40,195 bases of DNA. Source: a virus. The translations under genes were made by a program, and so were the position numbers. Location of the stretch: IMG/VR virus record IMGVR_UViG_3300021061_000016, one strand, 5' to 3'. Below the pieces are notes generated by a model that saw nothing but the letters and a program-made list of their open reading frames with translations, did no database searches and had not been told where the DNA came from. Of the stretch, positions 39,847-40,195 are shown piece by piece (the stretch's first letter is position 1; each line of letters starts with the position of its first letter).

Positions 39847-40195
39847 AACACCGCGTATTAAGCGCTTTACTTGCGTTACTTCTAATCCAAAGCACCGCTT
39901 TTGGAGCATGTGACTCTTTTACAAAGCTCATGCTTCACAAGAACGGTGCGGATGCCTCCACCACCTTCACGGATAGCTCGACCTCCGCGCATACGGTCAC
40001 GGCAGTAGGAAACGCGCAGATCGATACGGCTCAATCTAAATTCGGTGGGGCGTCCGGGCTATTCGATGGGGCGGGAGATTATCTAACCGTCCCAGACCAT
40101 GCTGATTTTGACTTTGGAACTGGTGATTTTACCGTAGACGCGTGGGTTAGGTTTAGTGGCAGTGTATCAAACGACACACTCGTCACCAGGGGTAA
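39843..40195 (+). CDS. LamG-domain protein with a signal peptide/lipobox-like N-terminus, 5' portion (continues at 3..503)
   Basis: ATGA overlap upstream. Sequence MKHRVLSALLALLLIQSTAFGAC then LMLHKNGADASTTFTDSS ... AQSKFGGASGLFDGAGDYLTVPDHADFDF. The frame runs off the window end into the terminal repeat. Confidence 0.8.
   Translation, partial: MKHRVLSALLALLLIQSTAFGACDSFTKLMLHKNGADASTTFTDSSTSAHTVTAVGNAQIDTAQSKFGGASGLFDGAGDYLTVPDHADFDFGTGDFTVDAWVRFSGSVSNDTLVTRG
40069..40195. repeat. Terminal direct repeat, copy 2; identical to 1..127
   Basis: Exact 127-nt identity with the window start. Confidence 0.95.

Noticed and set aside
1-40195. CRISPR arrays, rRNA or tRNA genes, transposase/IS elements, toxin-antitoxin or known defence operons
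   Set aside because: None was recognised on either strand. The only long exact repeat is the 127-bp assembly overlap.

Overview
The window is a complete phage genome that closes on itself. Bases 1-127 recur exactly at 40069-40195, so the unique unit is 40,068 bp, and one gene (a LamG-domain protein, 39843..40195 plus 3..503) spans the junction. Every confidently called gene except one is on the + strand.

Modules, in circular order:
- Packaging and virion (30016..40195 plus 1..9442): small and large terminase, GNAT acetyltransferase, T7-type portal, scaffold, HK97/T7-like major capsid protein, a possible decoration protein, tail tubular A-like adaptor, tail fibre, small signal-peptide proteins, LamG protein, tail tubular B-like protein with an inserted LamG domain, and three internal/ejection proteins. 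The largest of these carries a zeta-toxin-like P-loop kinase module.
- A reverse-strand moron for a small secreted protein, with its own terminator (9586..9804).
- Small membrane proteins (9887..10496).
- Tyrosine integrase (10951..11898), so the phage is probably temperate.
- Two near-consensus sigma70-type promoters driving short early genes. A structured untranslated region and tandem terminators follow (11912..13447).
- Membrane-anchored RlpA/DPBB-like lysin, YqaJ exonuclease, RecT, a replisome-organizer-like protein and a NinG-like protein (13475..17887).
- A contiguous island of about 10.7 kb and 15 ORFs for glycan or glycoconjugate biosynthesis (17884..28539). This is the most unusual part of the genome and the best candidate for an undescribed system. 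It holds a cupin, a short DegT-like aminotransferase, a methyltransferase, one GT1, four GT2, an HprK-like kinase, two SDR epimerase/dehydratases, a B12/radical-SAM-like enzyme and a TMTC/PMT-like GT-C membrane transferase with TPRs.
- Zn-ribbon and HTH small genes (28611..29958).

I recognised no tRNA, rRNA, CRISPR array, reverse transcriptase, DNA polymerase or RNA polymerase. All functional calls rest on motifs read by eye in the translations and on gene order. No database search was run.
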